64,000 bases of DNA from a virus (taxonomy: Duplodnaviria; Caudoviricetes): positions 1 through 64,000 of the IMG/VR virus record IMGVR_UViG_3300042363_001351. One strand, given 5' to 3'. Under the pieces are notes generated by a model. That model saw only the letters and a program-made list of their open reading frames with translations, made no database searches and was not told the origin of the DNA. This document shows, piece after piece, positions 30,679 to 41,736 of this stretch (positions are counted from its first letter, which is position 1; each line of letters starts with the position of its first letter). The translations under genes were made by a program, and so were the position numbers.

Positions 30679-32397
30679 TTATTTAACCTTTCTTTCTAAT
30701 TCTTCTATTTTTTGTGTTAATTCTTTAACAGTTTCTATAAGAACAGCAGTAAGCTTACCATAATCTATACCCTCTGGTACCCCATCATCATCCTTCTTAA
30801 CTATTTCAGGATAAACTTCATTTACTTCTTCAGCTATTAGGCCAATGTCTGCCTTTTCTGTCTCTTTCCAATTATATCTAACACCGCGGAGCTTTTGAAT
30901 ATTAGCTAGCGAGTCTTTTAATGGCTCAATATCTTTTTTAAATCTTACGGAAGATGAAGAGTTGAAAGTTATACCAGCGACTGTACCAGCACTATTTAAA
31001 TATGCTCTCGGATTAGAACCGGCCGGCCCTGCTCCTATCGCACTTGTAGCCCAAACATCCCATGTTGATACACCACCACCCCAGCCAGGCGGTCTAGCTA
31101 CCATAGCCTCTGTAAATCCATCAAGTAAGAATGAAGTATTACCAGTCGCTCCGATAACCATTCTCGTTTTATCAGTTAAATCATTCCAATGATTTGCAAT
31201 TTTAAACTTATCACCATCTGAGTTATCTATACCAGCCGACCAACCAATTACACCAGCTATATCCCATGATACCTTAGGATCACCACTATTAGCGCCATTG
31301 GTACTAATACCTACTATAGCATCATCTGTAGCGGTAGTTTTTACATTCTCTAAACGTATACCGTTTGCAACTGGATTTCCAGTATCTGCTCTAACATGTA
31401 GCGGGGCTGTTGGAGTTCTAAATCCAGCTCCTATTCCTATAGCGCCGTTAGCGCTATCGCTAAGAAATAGTGTTGAGTCTCCATTTGTACCATTGGCGAG
31501 ATATTTCCAAAACGCTAATCCGTTAGCGTATTGACCTGTCATATTCCATATAGCCCAATCTGCAACACCCGAACCAGTCTTAATAGTGTTACCTACTACT
31601 AGTCTTCCACCTTCATTTGATGCTGCAGTAGCTCTTATTGCGCCCTGTACGTCTAGGTTGAAGATATCTGCAGAGCGACCAATACCAACCGGAACATTAA
31701 AGTTAAATGAAGAGGTGTTGCTGCGTTGAATTATACTATAAACTGCTCTATTTCCGCCTGTTGAATTAGTTCCATAAAAAACAAAGTTATTATCACTTTG
31801 CATTGCCAGTTGAGGAAAAGTACCACTCGTATCAGTAAATCTTAAAGAGTTGCTATTTTGGCTTAAAGTGATAGTGCCGCTTACATCTAAACTAGAACTA
31901 GGATTTGTTGTTCCAATACCAACTCGACCTGTACCGGATTGAACATAAAACCTAGTTGTATTAGAAGGTTCTCTCTCATATATAAAAAAGTCTTTAGTTC
32001 CATTACCGTTGGCGTCTTGACCTAACGTCCAGCCGTCAAGAGTTATGCCCGCTCTTTTAGTAGGAGATAGCGTATTAGGTTTTATATTTAACCCTGAATT
32101 ATAAAGAGTGTTAGTACCTTCCACCGTTAATCTATTGCTTGGTAAGTTTGTACCTATACCTATAAAATTATCTACAATTAAATTGTTTGTAGCTGACAAT
32201 ACTCCGCTAGAAGTCCATTTTAGAGGACAGCTTGATAATGCTCTAAACGGGATAGCGTTATTATAAAAGAAATTCTTAATAGGAGTCTTATATGTATAGT
32301 AATTACCTCCAAGTTGCTGCACTACTGGTACTGTCTCATTACCAGTAACGCTGCCTGCTGCTAGATCTGTTATATTTTGAATTGGAATACTCGGCAT
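30679..32397 (-). CDS. Tail fibre with C-terminal intramolecular chaperone (peptidase S74)
   Basis: G.VGIGT..P...L.V.G repeats; SSVRFKKDI...LRGV.Y.WK...IGLIAEEV..VYPE.V...IDYGKL..VLIE.VKEL. Confidence 0.9.
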   Translation of the reverse strand: MPSIPIQNITDLAAGSVTGNETVPVVQQLGGNYYTYKTPIKNFFYNNAIPFRALSSCPLKWTSSGVLSATNNLIVDNFIGIGTNLPSNRLTVEGTNTLYNSGLNIKPNTLSPTKRAGITLDGWTLGQDANGNGTKDFFIYEREPSNTTRFYVQSGTGRVGIGTTNPSSSLDVSGTITLSQNSNSLRFTDTSGTFPQLAMQSDNNFVFYGTNSTGGNRAVYSIIQRSNTSSFNFNVPVGIGRSADIFNLDVQGAIRATAASNEGGRLVVGNTIKTGSGVADWAIWNMTGQYANGLAFWKYLANGTNGDSTLFLSDSANGAIGIGAGFRTPTAPLHVRADTGNPVANGIRLENVKTTATDDAIVGISTNGANSGDPKVSWDIAGVIGWSAGIDNSDGDKFKIANHWNDLTDKTRMVIGATGNTSFLLDGFTEAMVARPPGWGGGVSTWDVWATSAIGAGPAGSNPRAYLNSAGTVAGITFNSSSSVRFKKDIEPLKDSLANIQKLRGVRYNWKETEKADIGLIAEEVNEVYPEIVKKDDDGVPEGIDYGKLTAVLIETVKELTQKIEELERKVK

Positions 32398-32460
32398 ATT
32401 ATATATTTATGTCTGTAATTTTTTTTACTAGTAACTGTATCTGCAAATAAATATATTAAA

Positions 32461-35400
32461 GTGATAAATTTACAAGTATATAGCGTATCTGCAATTAATA
32501 CTCTAAGCGCGAGTTATTATGATCCGTTCTATCAGTTTAAACAGTATAGAGAGGGATACGAGCAGGGCTTTTCGTTAAACAAAATAAACGCTCTTACTAA
32601 CACTATAGATAATACTATTAACAATCACTCTATTCAGTTTTTAACTTCTAAAAAAAGCATAGGTGATATATTTAATGTAAATTTTAATGATCAGAAAGTA
32701 AAAACCTTATCAACACAGTTAATTTTTAATACTTTTAGAGACCCTTCACAGCCAAAATATCTTTATATCTATAAAGATACAGTAGGTCAAAATCCAAACA
32801 CTACTACATGTAGAGTTATCTTATCTACATTTACAGGATTTAAAAATAATACTTTCTTTGAACTAGAGATAATTGATGATGTGTTTTTAAGGTTAAAACA
32901 TAACAACGGAAAATATGATTACTATTTAAATTATTTTCCAGGCCTTGATAGTCCCTTCTTTTTAAAATATTATTCCGATGTTAACACTTTAACGGCTGAA
33001 CGCAATGACATGTTTAGATATATTCTAGATACCGACGGGTACCTACAATTATTTAAAAATACCGTTTATGGTAATAAAATATTAACTCTATCCGGTACTA
33101 GCGATCCTAATGCGGGTAAATTGGTTTTTGCTGATGTACCAGAATCCTCTAACCTTTTAAGATCTCCAAACAATATAATACAAATTAACTATAGCGTTAA
33201 GGATCTTTCTCCAAAACAATACTCTTCCTGGGTCAGTTATGATGTAAATAAACAAAACGATTTAACTATTAACGAAGATAAGAGTATTTTTGATAGAAAA
33301 GATCAGTACTTACTACACGCTAATGTAAATGAGTCCCTTAATGACTTAAAGTTAAATTATGTTACGCTGAATAACATTAGATCGGAGAAAAATTATATAA
33401 AGAGAGGTACAAATATGATAGACTCGACTCCATATGTACCAGGAGTTGAGTTTAGAGATTACGTATCATTACAGACAGGTAATAGTCAGGAATTAGGTAC
33501 TGATAATATTGCTCTAACTTATGTTTGGTATGACAAAGATATATTAGTCAGGAATGGAACGGATACAGTTTTTACAGCTCCGTCATCTCTTTACCCTTAC
33601 GAGAAACTCAATATAAATGATACAAAGTTTGTCGAAAATGGTAGCTTAGCCGGATTAACTCCCAAACTAGCCGATAATATTTACCAGTTGAGAAAAAATA
33701 ACACTCTCTTTAACAATGGAAGATATTTAGTTACGTGGCTCTCCGGTGGTACAAATACACCAGGCTTGTGGGTAGATAGATACTACTACCCAGACTATGT
33801 ATCTAAACAGGAAGCTATGGGATCATTTCCAGTGTTTCAACCCTCTTTTAATGATCCAATAGATAGCTTAGTGTTTAATAACGAGTCAAGTGTTGCAGCA
33901 GCAGCCTTCTTTGATAAAAGAAGCGATTTATGTATTGAACCTAATAATGTCTATAAGTACTCAAGAGTAGGAGTAGATGACATTAACGAGTTCGTGACCT
34001 CGACTAGCCCTACTGCAAGCGGATTTACTAGCTATTACGATATTAATAATGTAGAGGTTGCTTATAATTCTAGTGAGATTTATTACGATGGTTCCAAATA
34101 CAATAAATTTAAAGTGTCAGAGCAGGTTAATAATAGCAACTCCTTTACAATGTCTTTTGATATTTACATTGACCCAGAAGCTAGTTATGGGTATCAAGTT
34201 ATAGGCAACATAACCAACAGAGGGTTTGGAGTTATAAATGATACAAAAATAACTCCCTTTATCTTTTCTTATGGAAACAGAATATTAAAGGTTTATAACA
34301 CAGATTTAATGTTACTACATACAACAGAATTTGATACAAAAATTCTTGACGTTATTAAAGGTGACGGGTTAGATGATTACTATGTCTCTTGCAACGGTGG
34401 TAATATATATAAAGTTAATACCCTCGGTGTAAAGATGAAAATGGAGAATGTTTCAAGCATTGTAGGTTATGTTAATTACTTCTACGACGGTGATTTCCTA
34501 TATTTTGCCCTAGGAGGAACTACTAATGATGTAGTAAAGGTAAATAAGAATACCTTAGAGGTTGTAGAAATATTAACATCAAAGAAATATCGAAGTTATG
34601 ATAAGTATGGATCTTATTCTTCTTATGATATTAAAAATAGCATAATAGTTTTTGATGATAATGTGTATCAACTACCAGGTAGAGAGGTGAAATATTATTC
34701 TCCTGATGTAGTTTATTATACTGTAAATGGTACTATTCTAGTAAGGCATGATATAAAAATAGATGACATTACGTTTATTGTACAGAGCTCAAGCAAAATC
34801 GTGGATTTTGCGGTAGATGATAGTTTCATATATATACTTCACGGCTCTAATGAGCTTTCTATTTATACAACATCATTAGAAAAAGTTCTTACACAAAATC
34901 TAAGCGCTGCAATAACAGATCTCAGCAAGGTAATAAGTATTGACCTAATTAAACAATATGCAGGGATTAGCTCTTTAAAGCCTAATAAAGATATAGTTAT
35001 TACATACTTAAACACTAAGAGCAAATTAGGAATATATGTAGGATCTTCCGGTACAGTAGACACCGATTTAGTAGGCGTTCTGGTTGACGAAAATAGTAAC
35101 TCTCGAGTAGCAAAAGGTTATGTTGCTACCAACTATAGCTATTTAAATCAAAAATATAAAGATAAAAATTTAAATTTTAACCTAACACTTACTAATTATC
35201 TATCAACAGAAGACATATTACAAAAAAATATATCTTTTGATTATACTACTTTAGATAGAGGCTATCACACATTTACATACAGGTTTGATTCCATTCAAGG
35301 AAACGTATCTTTATTTGTAGATGGAGCGCTTAACACAAACCTAAACATACAACCGGGTAAGTATGCAATCCAAAATCTATTAAATGATGATATATATGCT

Positions 35401-35799
35401 GGTACAGCAGGATTTTATAACAACACAGATCTCGCCTCTTACTTAAGGCAGCCTGGTTATTATTACTTAAGCAACACAAGGCTTAAAAACTTCTTTATAT
35501 ATGACAGGCCTCTTGACAATGATGAGATTTTAGCATTAAATATATACGATACTAAAATTAATGATCTGGTTCTCTCTATACCAGCAGGTCAAAGAAACAA
35601 TATAGAAGAGATAGAGAGATACTTCAAATATAAAGTAAAAGACAGCTCATCTAAAAAGATTAATATATATGTTAAAAATATGGGTATAGATAATATTGAT
35701 ATGAAAAATAATATTAAGAAATTAATTCTAGATGAAACCAAGGCCATACTACCTATAGGTGTAAATATTAATGATATACAATTTATCGACTTTAAATGA
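32461..35799 (+). CDS. Large virion structural protein with beta-propeller-like and LamG/ConA-like regions
   Basis: GYHTFTYRFD...VSLFVDG...IYDRPL...EI..L LamG-like motif; late box upstream. Confidence 0.55.
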   Translation: MINLQVYSVSAINTLSASYYDPFYQFKQYREGYEQGFSLNKINALTNTIDNTINNHSIQFLTSKKSIGDIFNVNFNDQKVKTLSTQLIFNTFRDPSQPKYLYIYKDTVGQNPNTTTCRVILSTFTGFKNNTFFELEIIDDVFLRLKHNNGKYDYYLNYFPGLDSPFFLKYYSDVNTLTAERNDMFRYILDTDGYLQLFKNTVYGNKILTLSGTSDPNAGKLVFADVPESSNLLRSPNNIIQINYSVKDLSPKQYSSWVSYDVNKQNDLTINEDKSIFDRKDQYLLHANVNESLNDLKLNYVTLNNIRSEKNYIKRGTNMIDSTPYVPGVEFRDYVSLQTGNSQELGTDNIALTYVWYDKDILVRNGTDTVFTAPSSLYPYEKLNINDTKFVENGSLAGLTPKLADNIYQLRKNNTLFNNGRYLVTWLSGGTNTPGLWVDRYYYPDYVSKQEAMGSFPVFQPSFNDPIDSLVFNNESSVAAAAFFDKRSDLCIEPNNVYKYSRVGVDDINEFVTSTSPTASGFTSYYDINNVEVAYNSSEIYYDGSKYNKFKVSEQVNNSNSFTMSFDIYIDPEASYGYQVIGNITNRGFGVINDTKITPFIFSYGNRILKVYNTDLMLLHTTEFDTKILDVIKGDGLDDYYVSCNGGNIYKVNTLGVKMKMENVSSIVGYVNYFYDGDFLYFALGGTTNDVVKVNKNTLEVVEILTSKKYRSYDKYGSYSSYDIKNSIIVFDDNVYQLPGREVKYYSPDVVYYTVNGTILVRHDIKIDDITFIVQSSSKIVDFAVDDSFIYILHGSNELSIYTTSLEKVLTQNLSAAITDLSKVISIDLIKQYAGISSLKPNKDIVITYLNTKSKLGIYVGSSGTVDTDLVGVLVDENSNSRVAKGYVATNYSYLNQKYKDKNLNFNLTLTNYLSTEDILQKNISFDYTTLDRGYHTFTYRFDSIQGNVSLFVDGALNTNLNIQPGKYAIQNLLNDDIYAGTAGFYNNTDLASYLRQPGYYYLSNTRLKNFFIYDRPLDNDEILALNIYDTKINDLVLSIPAGQRNNIEEIERYFKYKVKDSSSKKINIYVKNMGIDNIDMKNNIKKLILDETKAILPIGVNINDIQFIDFK

Positions 35800-37808
35800 T
35801 TGACTATACAAATAAAAAAAGATTCTTCACTTCCGGAAACGATTTCTTTACGCTTTCCGGAAGTAGATATACAGGATATGTATTTTGTTTAAGCGGCGCT
35901 GCTTATATTGATAAGACCAATATACCACTACTACCTCAATCCACCTTCGAAAGTAATTTGTATATTTCTAGTTATCTTAAAAATAGAGATACAATTGAGA
36001 CGCTTACCCTACCTTATACGGATACTGATGTTCTATTTGACGCTAATGACTTTTTAACCAGGGAGTTATTTCTAGATAGGCTAGGAAAATTACACGATAA
36101 TAACACATTCGTTTATTCTAAGCTATTCATGGCTAATAATGATTTACCTGCTCTAGCAACTCCAGGTACAGAGATAGATAATTATTCTTATGCTTGTTTA
36201 ATTGATAGTAACAGCACTTCATTAAAGTGTGTTAGCGGTACTATTCAAAGTATACCTTTCGGTGGCAGTAATAAGACGGAGTTCAGAGAACTAGGCAACA
36301 TTAGACGATTTACCTCAAAGCTAAAAGACGACATACAGTCCGACTATACTATTTTTGCAATTACTAGCAGTGGCTTTACTACGCTATCTGGCAGTAGCAA
36401 AGAATGTAAGGTAATAGAACCCCATTCAACATATATCGAGAGTGTAGAAAATTCTTTAACGTTTGGGTCTCTATTTGATATTACCCTATCAAGAAACTTT
36501 ATCTTTATAACCGACGAGAAAAATAGCGTAATATATAAGTACGATATAGGTGGTTATTACAATGGAGATCTAGCACTAGCCAATAAAAGAAATCTTCTCG
36601 AAATATTAGGCGGTGATGGTCCGAAGGAGGCTAAAAACTTATTTAGAGCGCCTAAACATATCACTTCAAATGACGATATAATAGTCATTAACGATTCTGG
36701 AAATAGAGTTATAAAGATTTTTGATTTAGATTTTAACTTTATTACACGTATAGGTAGTATACCTCAATTTCGCGAACCTATTGCAGCTTTAAAAATTAAT
36801 GAATTTTTTAATACTCTTTACGTATTTACGAAATCTACCAATGTGTTAAATAGGTTAAGCCTATACATATTTGATTTGGATTGTTATAGATTAGTAGAAA
36901 CCTATAAAGATATAGATGTACCTCTTCAACCTACAGAAGTGGTTTTAAATATAGAATTTAGTAAAAATAGCAGTGATTATTATTATGTGTGTACTGATAG
37001 GCAAGTTTATAAATTATTTGTAAGTAAGCCCAATGTATTAATTGGTAGATATCAAGAGCTAAATCTTGATTACATAACCGGAACACAGGTCGTTAAGCCT
37101 ATTGATAATACAAATACTTCCACTTCAACAACTACACCATCTAATCAATGGTATGTAGTTAATAAATTTTTTAAAGATAGTACATGGAGTTGGGGAGCTA
37201 CCACGCCAGGAACCACTACAACTACTACGACTACTACAACCACTGTTACAACTGAAGAACGACCCAATATATCGGTATTCAATGATGTGTATAAAGGACT
37301 AGCTCTATTACCAACCTCTAATAATTATGACTCAGTTGTTTTTATTACAGATGGTAGAATATATTTCTTCAACGAACCTAATACATATAAACAGGTTATA
37401 AAAACAACAGAGTTATTTAAATTCGGAAAAGCTAATATGACTCTCTCTTCAGAAGAGTATATACAAGCATCTACTATAAATAAAGAAATTTATAAGGTTG
37501 CAAGAGATATATTATTAATAAAGAATAACTTATTGGGTAGATTTACAGGGGTATATGATGTGAGTAATATCTTTACTCTTACAGATTATAATTATAATGT
37601 TGACTTTAACGCCTTCTCACTTCTTCAGCCGGAAGATTACTATGTGCACGAGAATGAGAAGTCTATGGTCTCTGTATTAAATAGAGCATTTAAAAATATT
37701 CTCGATCTGCAACTAAAATTAATCGACTTAACGGCTATAGATAAATCTCTCACTGTTAAAAGGGAGCTGGTTATTGCTCCAAATGTCGGTACGTTGCAAA
37801 TTAGCTAA
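35796..37808 (+). CDS. Virion structural protein with NHL/beta-propeller-like repeats and Thr-rich insert
   Basis: F.AP..I...I.INDSGNRVIKIFD NHL-like repeat; poly-Thr tract. Confidence 0.55.
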   Translation: MIDYTNKKRFFTSGNDFFTLSGSRYTGYVFCLSGAAYIDKTNIPLLPQSTFESNLYISSYLKNRDTIETLTLPYTDTDVLFDANDFLTRELFLDRLGKLHDNNTFVYSKLFMANNDLPALATPGTEIDNYSYACLIDSNSTSLKCVSGTIQSIPFGGSNKTEFRELGNIRRFTSKLKDDIQSDYTIFAITSSGFTTLSGSSKECKVIEPHSTYIESVENSLTFGSLFDITLSRNFIFITDEKNSVIYKYDIGGYYNGDLALANKRNLLEILGGDGPKEAKNLFRAPKHITSNDDIIVINDSGNRVIKIFDLDFNFITRIGSIPQFREPIAALKINEFFNTLYVFTKSTNVLNRLSLYIFDLDCYRLVETYKDIDVPLQPTEVVLNIEFSKNSSDYYYVCTDRQVYKLFVSKPNVLIGRYQELNLDYITGTQVVKPIDNTNTSTSTTTPSNQWYVVNKFFKDSTWSWGATTPGTTTTTTTTTTTVTTEERPNISVFNDVYKGLALLPTSNNYDSVVFITDGRIYFFNEPNTYKQVIKTTELFKFGKANMTLSSEEYIQASTINKEIYKVARDILLIKNNLLGRFTGVYDVSNIFTLTDYNYNVDFNAFSLLQPEDYYVHENEKSMVSVLNRAFKNILDLQLKLIDLTAIDKSLTVKRELVIAPNVGTLQIS

Positions 37809-37827
37809 CTACTATAAATATATATAA

Positions 37828-38532
37828 ATGCCAGCGACGCCAGCTACAAATTTAGAAACAGTAAATATAAGTGATACTTATTATAGTTTATTGCATTCTG
37901 GTGGTGTGCCTATACCAGCAACAGGACAACCTCTAATAAGAGATGGTAGTGGAACGCCGACAGCTTTAAAATTAGGAGCTAATTGTAACGGTGCTACTAT
38001 TTGCGGCACTCTTTCTGCTACAACCTTAGCAGGCGGGAGTTTAAATCTAGATTCTAAAATAACTCCTACCCAACTTAACTTACTTGAATTAGTTAAGGCT
38101 CTATACCCTTTAAATGCAGTAATTTATACGACAGATAGCATAAACCCTGGTACTAGATCAGGCTGGGTTGGTACAACTTGGACGCAAATAGCACAAGGTA
38201 GGTTTATTGTAGGTGTAGGTACGGGTATTGATAGTAGAGGAGAATCTAAACCAATTACACCCGGTAATAACGCCGGTGAATATAATCACATTCTAACAGA
38301 AGCGGAAATGCCATCGCATACTCATAGCCTTATGGTCGGTACTGAGCAGTTCTATATTACAAACGACAAGAACGATAAAAATCCAACATCCCTTGGACGA
38401 TTTCGGAGCGATGGCCCCTCGGGTGACAAGGATGGTAGATATTGTTCTATCTTACCATCCGCAGGTGGTAGCTCTCCTCACAACAATGTACCTCCAGGGT
38501 TTGGCTTGTATGTATGGCAAAGAACAGCCTAA
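37828..38532 (+). CDS. Short fibre/baseplate protein with gp10 C-terminal-like domain
   Basis: LYP..AVI...NPG...TW..IAQGRF.VG.G...GEY.H.LT.AEMPSHTH...HNN.PP...YVWQRTA. Confidence 0.75.
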   Translation: MPATPATNLETVNISDTYYSLLHSGGVPIPATGQPLIRDGSGTPTALKLGANCNGATICGTLSATTLAGGSLNLDSKITPTQLNLLELVKALYPLNAVIYTTDSINPGTRSGWVGTTWTQIAQGRFIVGVGTGIDSRGESKPITPGNNAGEYNHILTEAEMPSHTHSLMVGTEQFYITNDKNDKNPTSLGRFRSDGPSGDKDGRYCSILPSAGGSSPHNNVPPGFGLYVWQRTA

Positions 38533-38554
38533 AATACTAAATATTTAAAATTAT

Positions 38555-39631
38555 ATGCCCGATATCACCATAGTAAAGCTTAAAATTAGAAGAGGTAGTG
38601 ACGCTCAGCGTAAATCCGTTGTTCTCGAGCAGGGGGAATTGGGATATACTACTGATACAGGTAGGGTGTTTATAGGTAATGGTGTTAAGTTCGGTGGAAA
38701 TATAGTGGGTAACATAATTCACAATCCAACATCAATTGCTAATAATAGAGTCAATCAAGCCAATGCTGTGCAGGGTGATATTATATATGATAATTCACTT
38801 TTATGGCAGCTTACAGGAACCGATATAACATCACCAGTAAGTTGGAGTAATATAAGCACGAGATGTGATAATTCTCTAGTTACTTACAATGGAAGCAACA
38901 GGCTTACCTTGGTTAATAATAGTATTGGTCCGGCTATATTAAACAATACTATTGTAAACTCTCAAGGCGCTCTAAACTTTAATAATAGTACCGGTCTTTC
39001 TGCAAATGTTGATGGTACTTATGTTACTATAACATCAAATAGGCTTACGATTAATCCTATAGATGAGAGTAAAATTAAATCTACTGCTCTTAGTAGAGGA
39101 TTACAGGGTGGAGATGGAACAAAATTATCTCTAAAGGTAGATGATAGTATTTTTGGCTTTAATACGAATACTTTAACTATTACCGCTTTACCTAGTGATG
39201 TAGTTACAGTTGATTCGCTGAGCTCCACGTTTGTTGGTGCAGGACTACAGGTGCAAGGAGGTGGAATTTCAACTATAGTACAAAGCTACGATTCTAGTTC
39301 GTTTGATGTTGATATCAACACCTTAAGACTTAAGTCTATAATAACTCCTGCCACGACAACGTTTGAGAATATAACATATAATAGCTTTGGTCAAGTAACA
39401 GGCACTTCATCTACAATTGCTACTACTTTTTCAGGATTTAACTCTGGTACTAACGGATTATTTAATGGAAGATGGAATCAAACTACTTTTAGTAATCAGA
39501 CCTTATTAACTGCTATATCATCTAACCCCGCAGGAACATCTACAGCTAGAATAGCGCTTTCATCAGCTGGATTTATTGCAATCAACACTAAACTCGGAGA
39601 TCGATTTGCTATTCCGGTATTTAGGTATTAA
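38555..39631 (+). CDS. Tail fibre protein with Mtd/hyaluronidase-type N-terminal anchor
   Basis: KIRRG......VL.QGELGYTTDTGRVFIGNG. Confidence 0.75.
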   Translation: MPDITIVKLKIRRGSDAQRKSVVLEQGELGYTTDTGRVFIGNGVKFGGNIVGNIIHNPTSIANNRVNQANAVQGDIIYDNSLLWQLTGTDITSPVSWSNISTRCDNSLVTYNGSNRLTLVNNSIGPAILNNTIVNSQGALNFNNSTGLSANVDGTYVTITSNRLTINPIDESKIKSTALSRGLQGGDGTKLSLKVDDSIFGFNTNTLTITALPSDVVTVDSLSSTFVGAGLQVQGGGISTIVQSYDSSSFDVDINTLRLKSIITPATTTFENITYNSFGQVTGTSSTIATTFSGFNSGTNGLFNGRWNQTTFSNQTLLTAISSNPAGTSTARIALSSAGFIAINTKLGDRFAIPVFRY

Positions 39632-39644
39632 ACACTATTAATAT

Positions 39645-41333
39645 ATGGCTAATAAAATAGAAATATTCGAAAATACACTTCTTAAACTACTAGTTAGAAG
39701 AGGTATGGATGCTGATAGACAAAAAATTGTTCTTTCAGAGGGTGAGTTGGGTTATACAACAGATACAAATAGGTTATATGTAGGTGATGGTCAGACAACA
39801 GGAGGTATATTAGTAGGTGGAAATAAATTTTTAGGATCTGTAGTTAATGTAACTACTTTAGCTGGAGCAGCTGTAAATGATATTGCTTATTCATCTAATA
39901 CAGATAAACTTTATTACTTTAAAGGAGGCGATTATACTGATATAAGTAACTGGGAGGTTGTGGGAGGTACGTACGAGCCTGGTAACAACACTATTACCAT
40001 AGGATCTACTAATGATATTACTGTTGGTACTATTTCTGCTACAAATATAACTCGTGATTTAGTATCGGATAATATAGTACTAAACACAACAAATAGAATA
40101 TCTCTATCTTCTAACATTCAAATTGATAGTATACGAGGTTTAAATAGCAGCTCTATAGAATTACCAGTTAATCTTAGAATAGGCGATATAAGTTATCAGT
40201 GGCCTAGCGGTGGCGTACCTAACAATAGCTATTTAAAATCTGATATATCAGGTAATCTTTCTTGGAATAATTACATTGACGTAGAGACCACCAATTTTGT
40301 ATATAATTCAGCAGGAATTATACCTGTTGGTTCTATAATGCCGTTTATTTCCTCAGCTAATGCCCCTACAGGGTGGTTATTGTGCAATGGTCAAAGTGTT
40401 TTAGGAACGGCTTATAGTGAGTTATCAGCAGTTATTGGAACTTCTTTTGGTGGTGACGGTACAAGTTTTAATGTACCGAATTTAATTAACAAGACCCTCT
40501 ACGGAGTAAATAATTTACCAGGGTCATCCACTCTCTATGGTGTCTCATCCGGTACTAATTCTTTATTAAGTGCGACAGGCGCTCTTTATATAATAAAAGC
40601 TAAACCTGACGGAGTTGCAAGAGTTAGCATGTCGGTGAGCAGTCCACTATGTGCATCAGTCAATGGTACACAGCAAGGTGGTAGCTTTAATCCACTATCA
40701 GGAATTGTAAGCATAGGCCTAACTACAACATCTCTTACAGCAGATACTACTATTTTAGGAGGATTTGTAGCTGATAGATACGGTAGAGTTTTAAGAACAG
40801 TGGATGATCCTTCACCGCCTCCGTTTGATCCAGGCCCTGGAACAAGACCAACATATAACGGTGGTATTTCACCTATAGCGTTTTTTAGAACACCAGCTTA
40901 TATTTTATACCAAGGTTATACAACTGCTTCAACTAGTTACAGATTTACTATGTCTGCATATCCTTTTATCACAGATAATACTGGTGTAAGAGTTGGCAGC
41001 GGAACTTTTTACAGTGTACCGCCTACTGCAAAAAATCTTATAGTTGATACTAGTATATACAAGCGTGGTCCTGATGCTGGTAATATAGAACGAATTCTTG
41101 CATCTGCTCCAAACATCTCACTTGTAGAGGATGTAAGCTTAAGAACATTAGGCAATAATGAGTTTCTTATTGGAGTTAACAGAGCAGACGGCGCTGGTGA
41201 TTCGGTTCAAAACTCCACACAGTGTATTATTCCTCTATCTGCTACTCCAACCGGCCATCTAGTAGCTGCTTTTAGAGCATCAGCATCAGTCAACGATGCT
41301 TATTGGATAAGAGTGGTAGGTTATACACTTTAA
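39645..41333 (+). CDS. Tail fibre protein with Mtd-type N-terminus and tail collar domain
   Basis: VRRG...LSEGELGYTTDTNRLYVGDG; collar PVGSIMPF....APTGWLLCNGQ...FNVPNL. Confidence 0.8.
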   Translation: MANKIEIFENTLLKLLVRRGMDADRQKIVLSEGELGYTTDTNRLYVGDGQTTGGILVGGNKFLGSVVNVTTLAGAAVNDIAYSSNTDKLYYFKGGDYTDISNWEVVGGTYEPGNNTITIGSTNDITVGTISATNITRDLVSDNIVLNTTNRISLSSNIQIDSIRGLNSSSIELPVNLRIGDISYQWPSGGVPNNSYLKSDISGNLSWNNYIDVETTNFVYNSAGIIPVGSIMPFISSANAPTGWLLCNGQSVLGTAYSELSAVIGTSFGGDGTSFNVPNLINKTLYGVNNLPGSSTLYGVSSGTNSLLSATGALYIIKAKPDGVARVSMSVSSPLCASVNGTQQGGSFNPLSGIVSIGLTTTSLTADTTILGGFVADRYGRVLRTVDDPSPPPFDPGPGTRPTYNGGISPIAFFRTPAYILYQGYTTASTSYRFTMSAYPFITDNTGVRVGSGTFYSVPPTAKNLIVDTSIYKRGPDAGNIERILASAPNISLVEDVSLRTLGNNEFLIGVNRADGAGDSVQNSTQCIIPLSATPTGHLVAAFRASASVNDAYWIRVVGYTL

Positions 41334-41338
41334 TAATT

Positions 41339-41500
41339 ATGAATGAAGTAATAGTTGAAGGTCTAGAACCGAACGACTTTGTAGTTCTTGAGAAAATTCT
41401 TAAAACATATAAGGTTTCTCTAGAAAGCGATGTGTCGTTTGACGATATATTAAATCTACACAATAAGGTACGACAGGTAATAGATTATCTAGAGGAATAA
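41339..41500 (+). CDS. Small hypothetical protein
   Basis: MNEVIVEGLE...; start chosen just after the upstream stop. Confidence 0.5.
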   Translation: MNEVIVEGLEPNDFVVLEKILKTYKVSLESDVSFDDILNLHNKVRQVIDYLEE

Positions 41501-41509
41501 ATATTGTAT

Positions 41510-41722
41510 GTGGGTAGCATACGAGAATATACACTAGGTGAAGAGTTTTCAGACTTTGTATTAGTAGATGAAAAGCGTAATAGTGTCATTATTAATATAG
41601 AAACAGAATATTTTAAAACCGTGTTTAAAGAATATAAACGATTAGGTTTTAAGCTAATACATGTTACGAGATTTAGTGATGAAGAGAAAGGTATGACTTG
41701 TGTCTTTGTAAAGGAGCCATAA
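41510..41722 (+). CDS. Small hypothetical protein
   Basis: TAAATA-N6-GTG supports a start at 41510 rather than 41504. Confidence 0.55.
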   Translation: MGSIREYTLGEEFSDFVLVDEKRNSVIINIETEYFKTVFKEYKRLGFKLIHVTRFSDEEKGMTCVFVKEP

Positions 41723-41736
41723 GATAAATATATAAT

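Noticed and set aside
38555-41333. Diversity-generating retroelement suggested by Mtd-like N-termini
   Set aside because: Only the anchor domain is shared; no reverse transcriptase or template/variable repeat pair differing at adenines was seen in the window.
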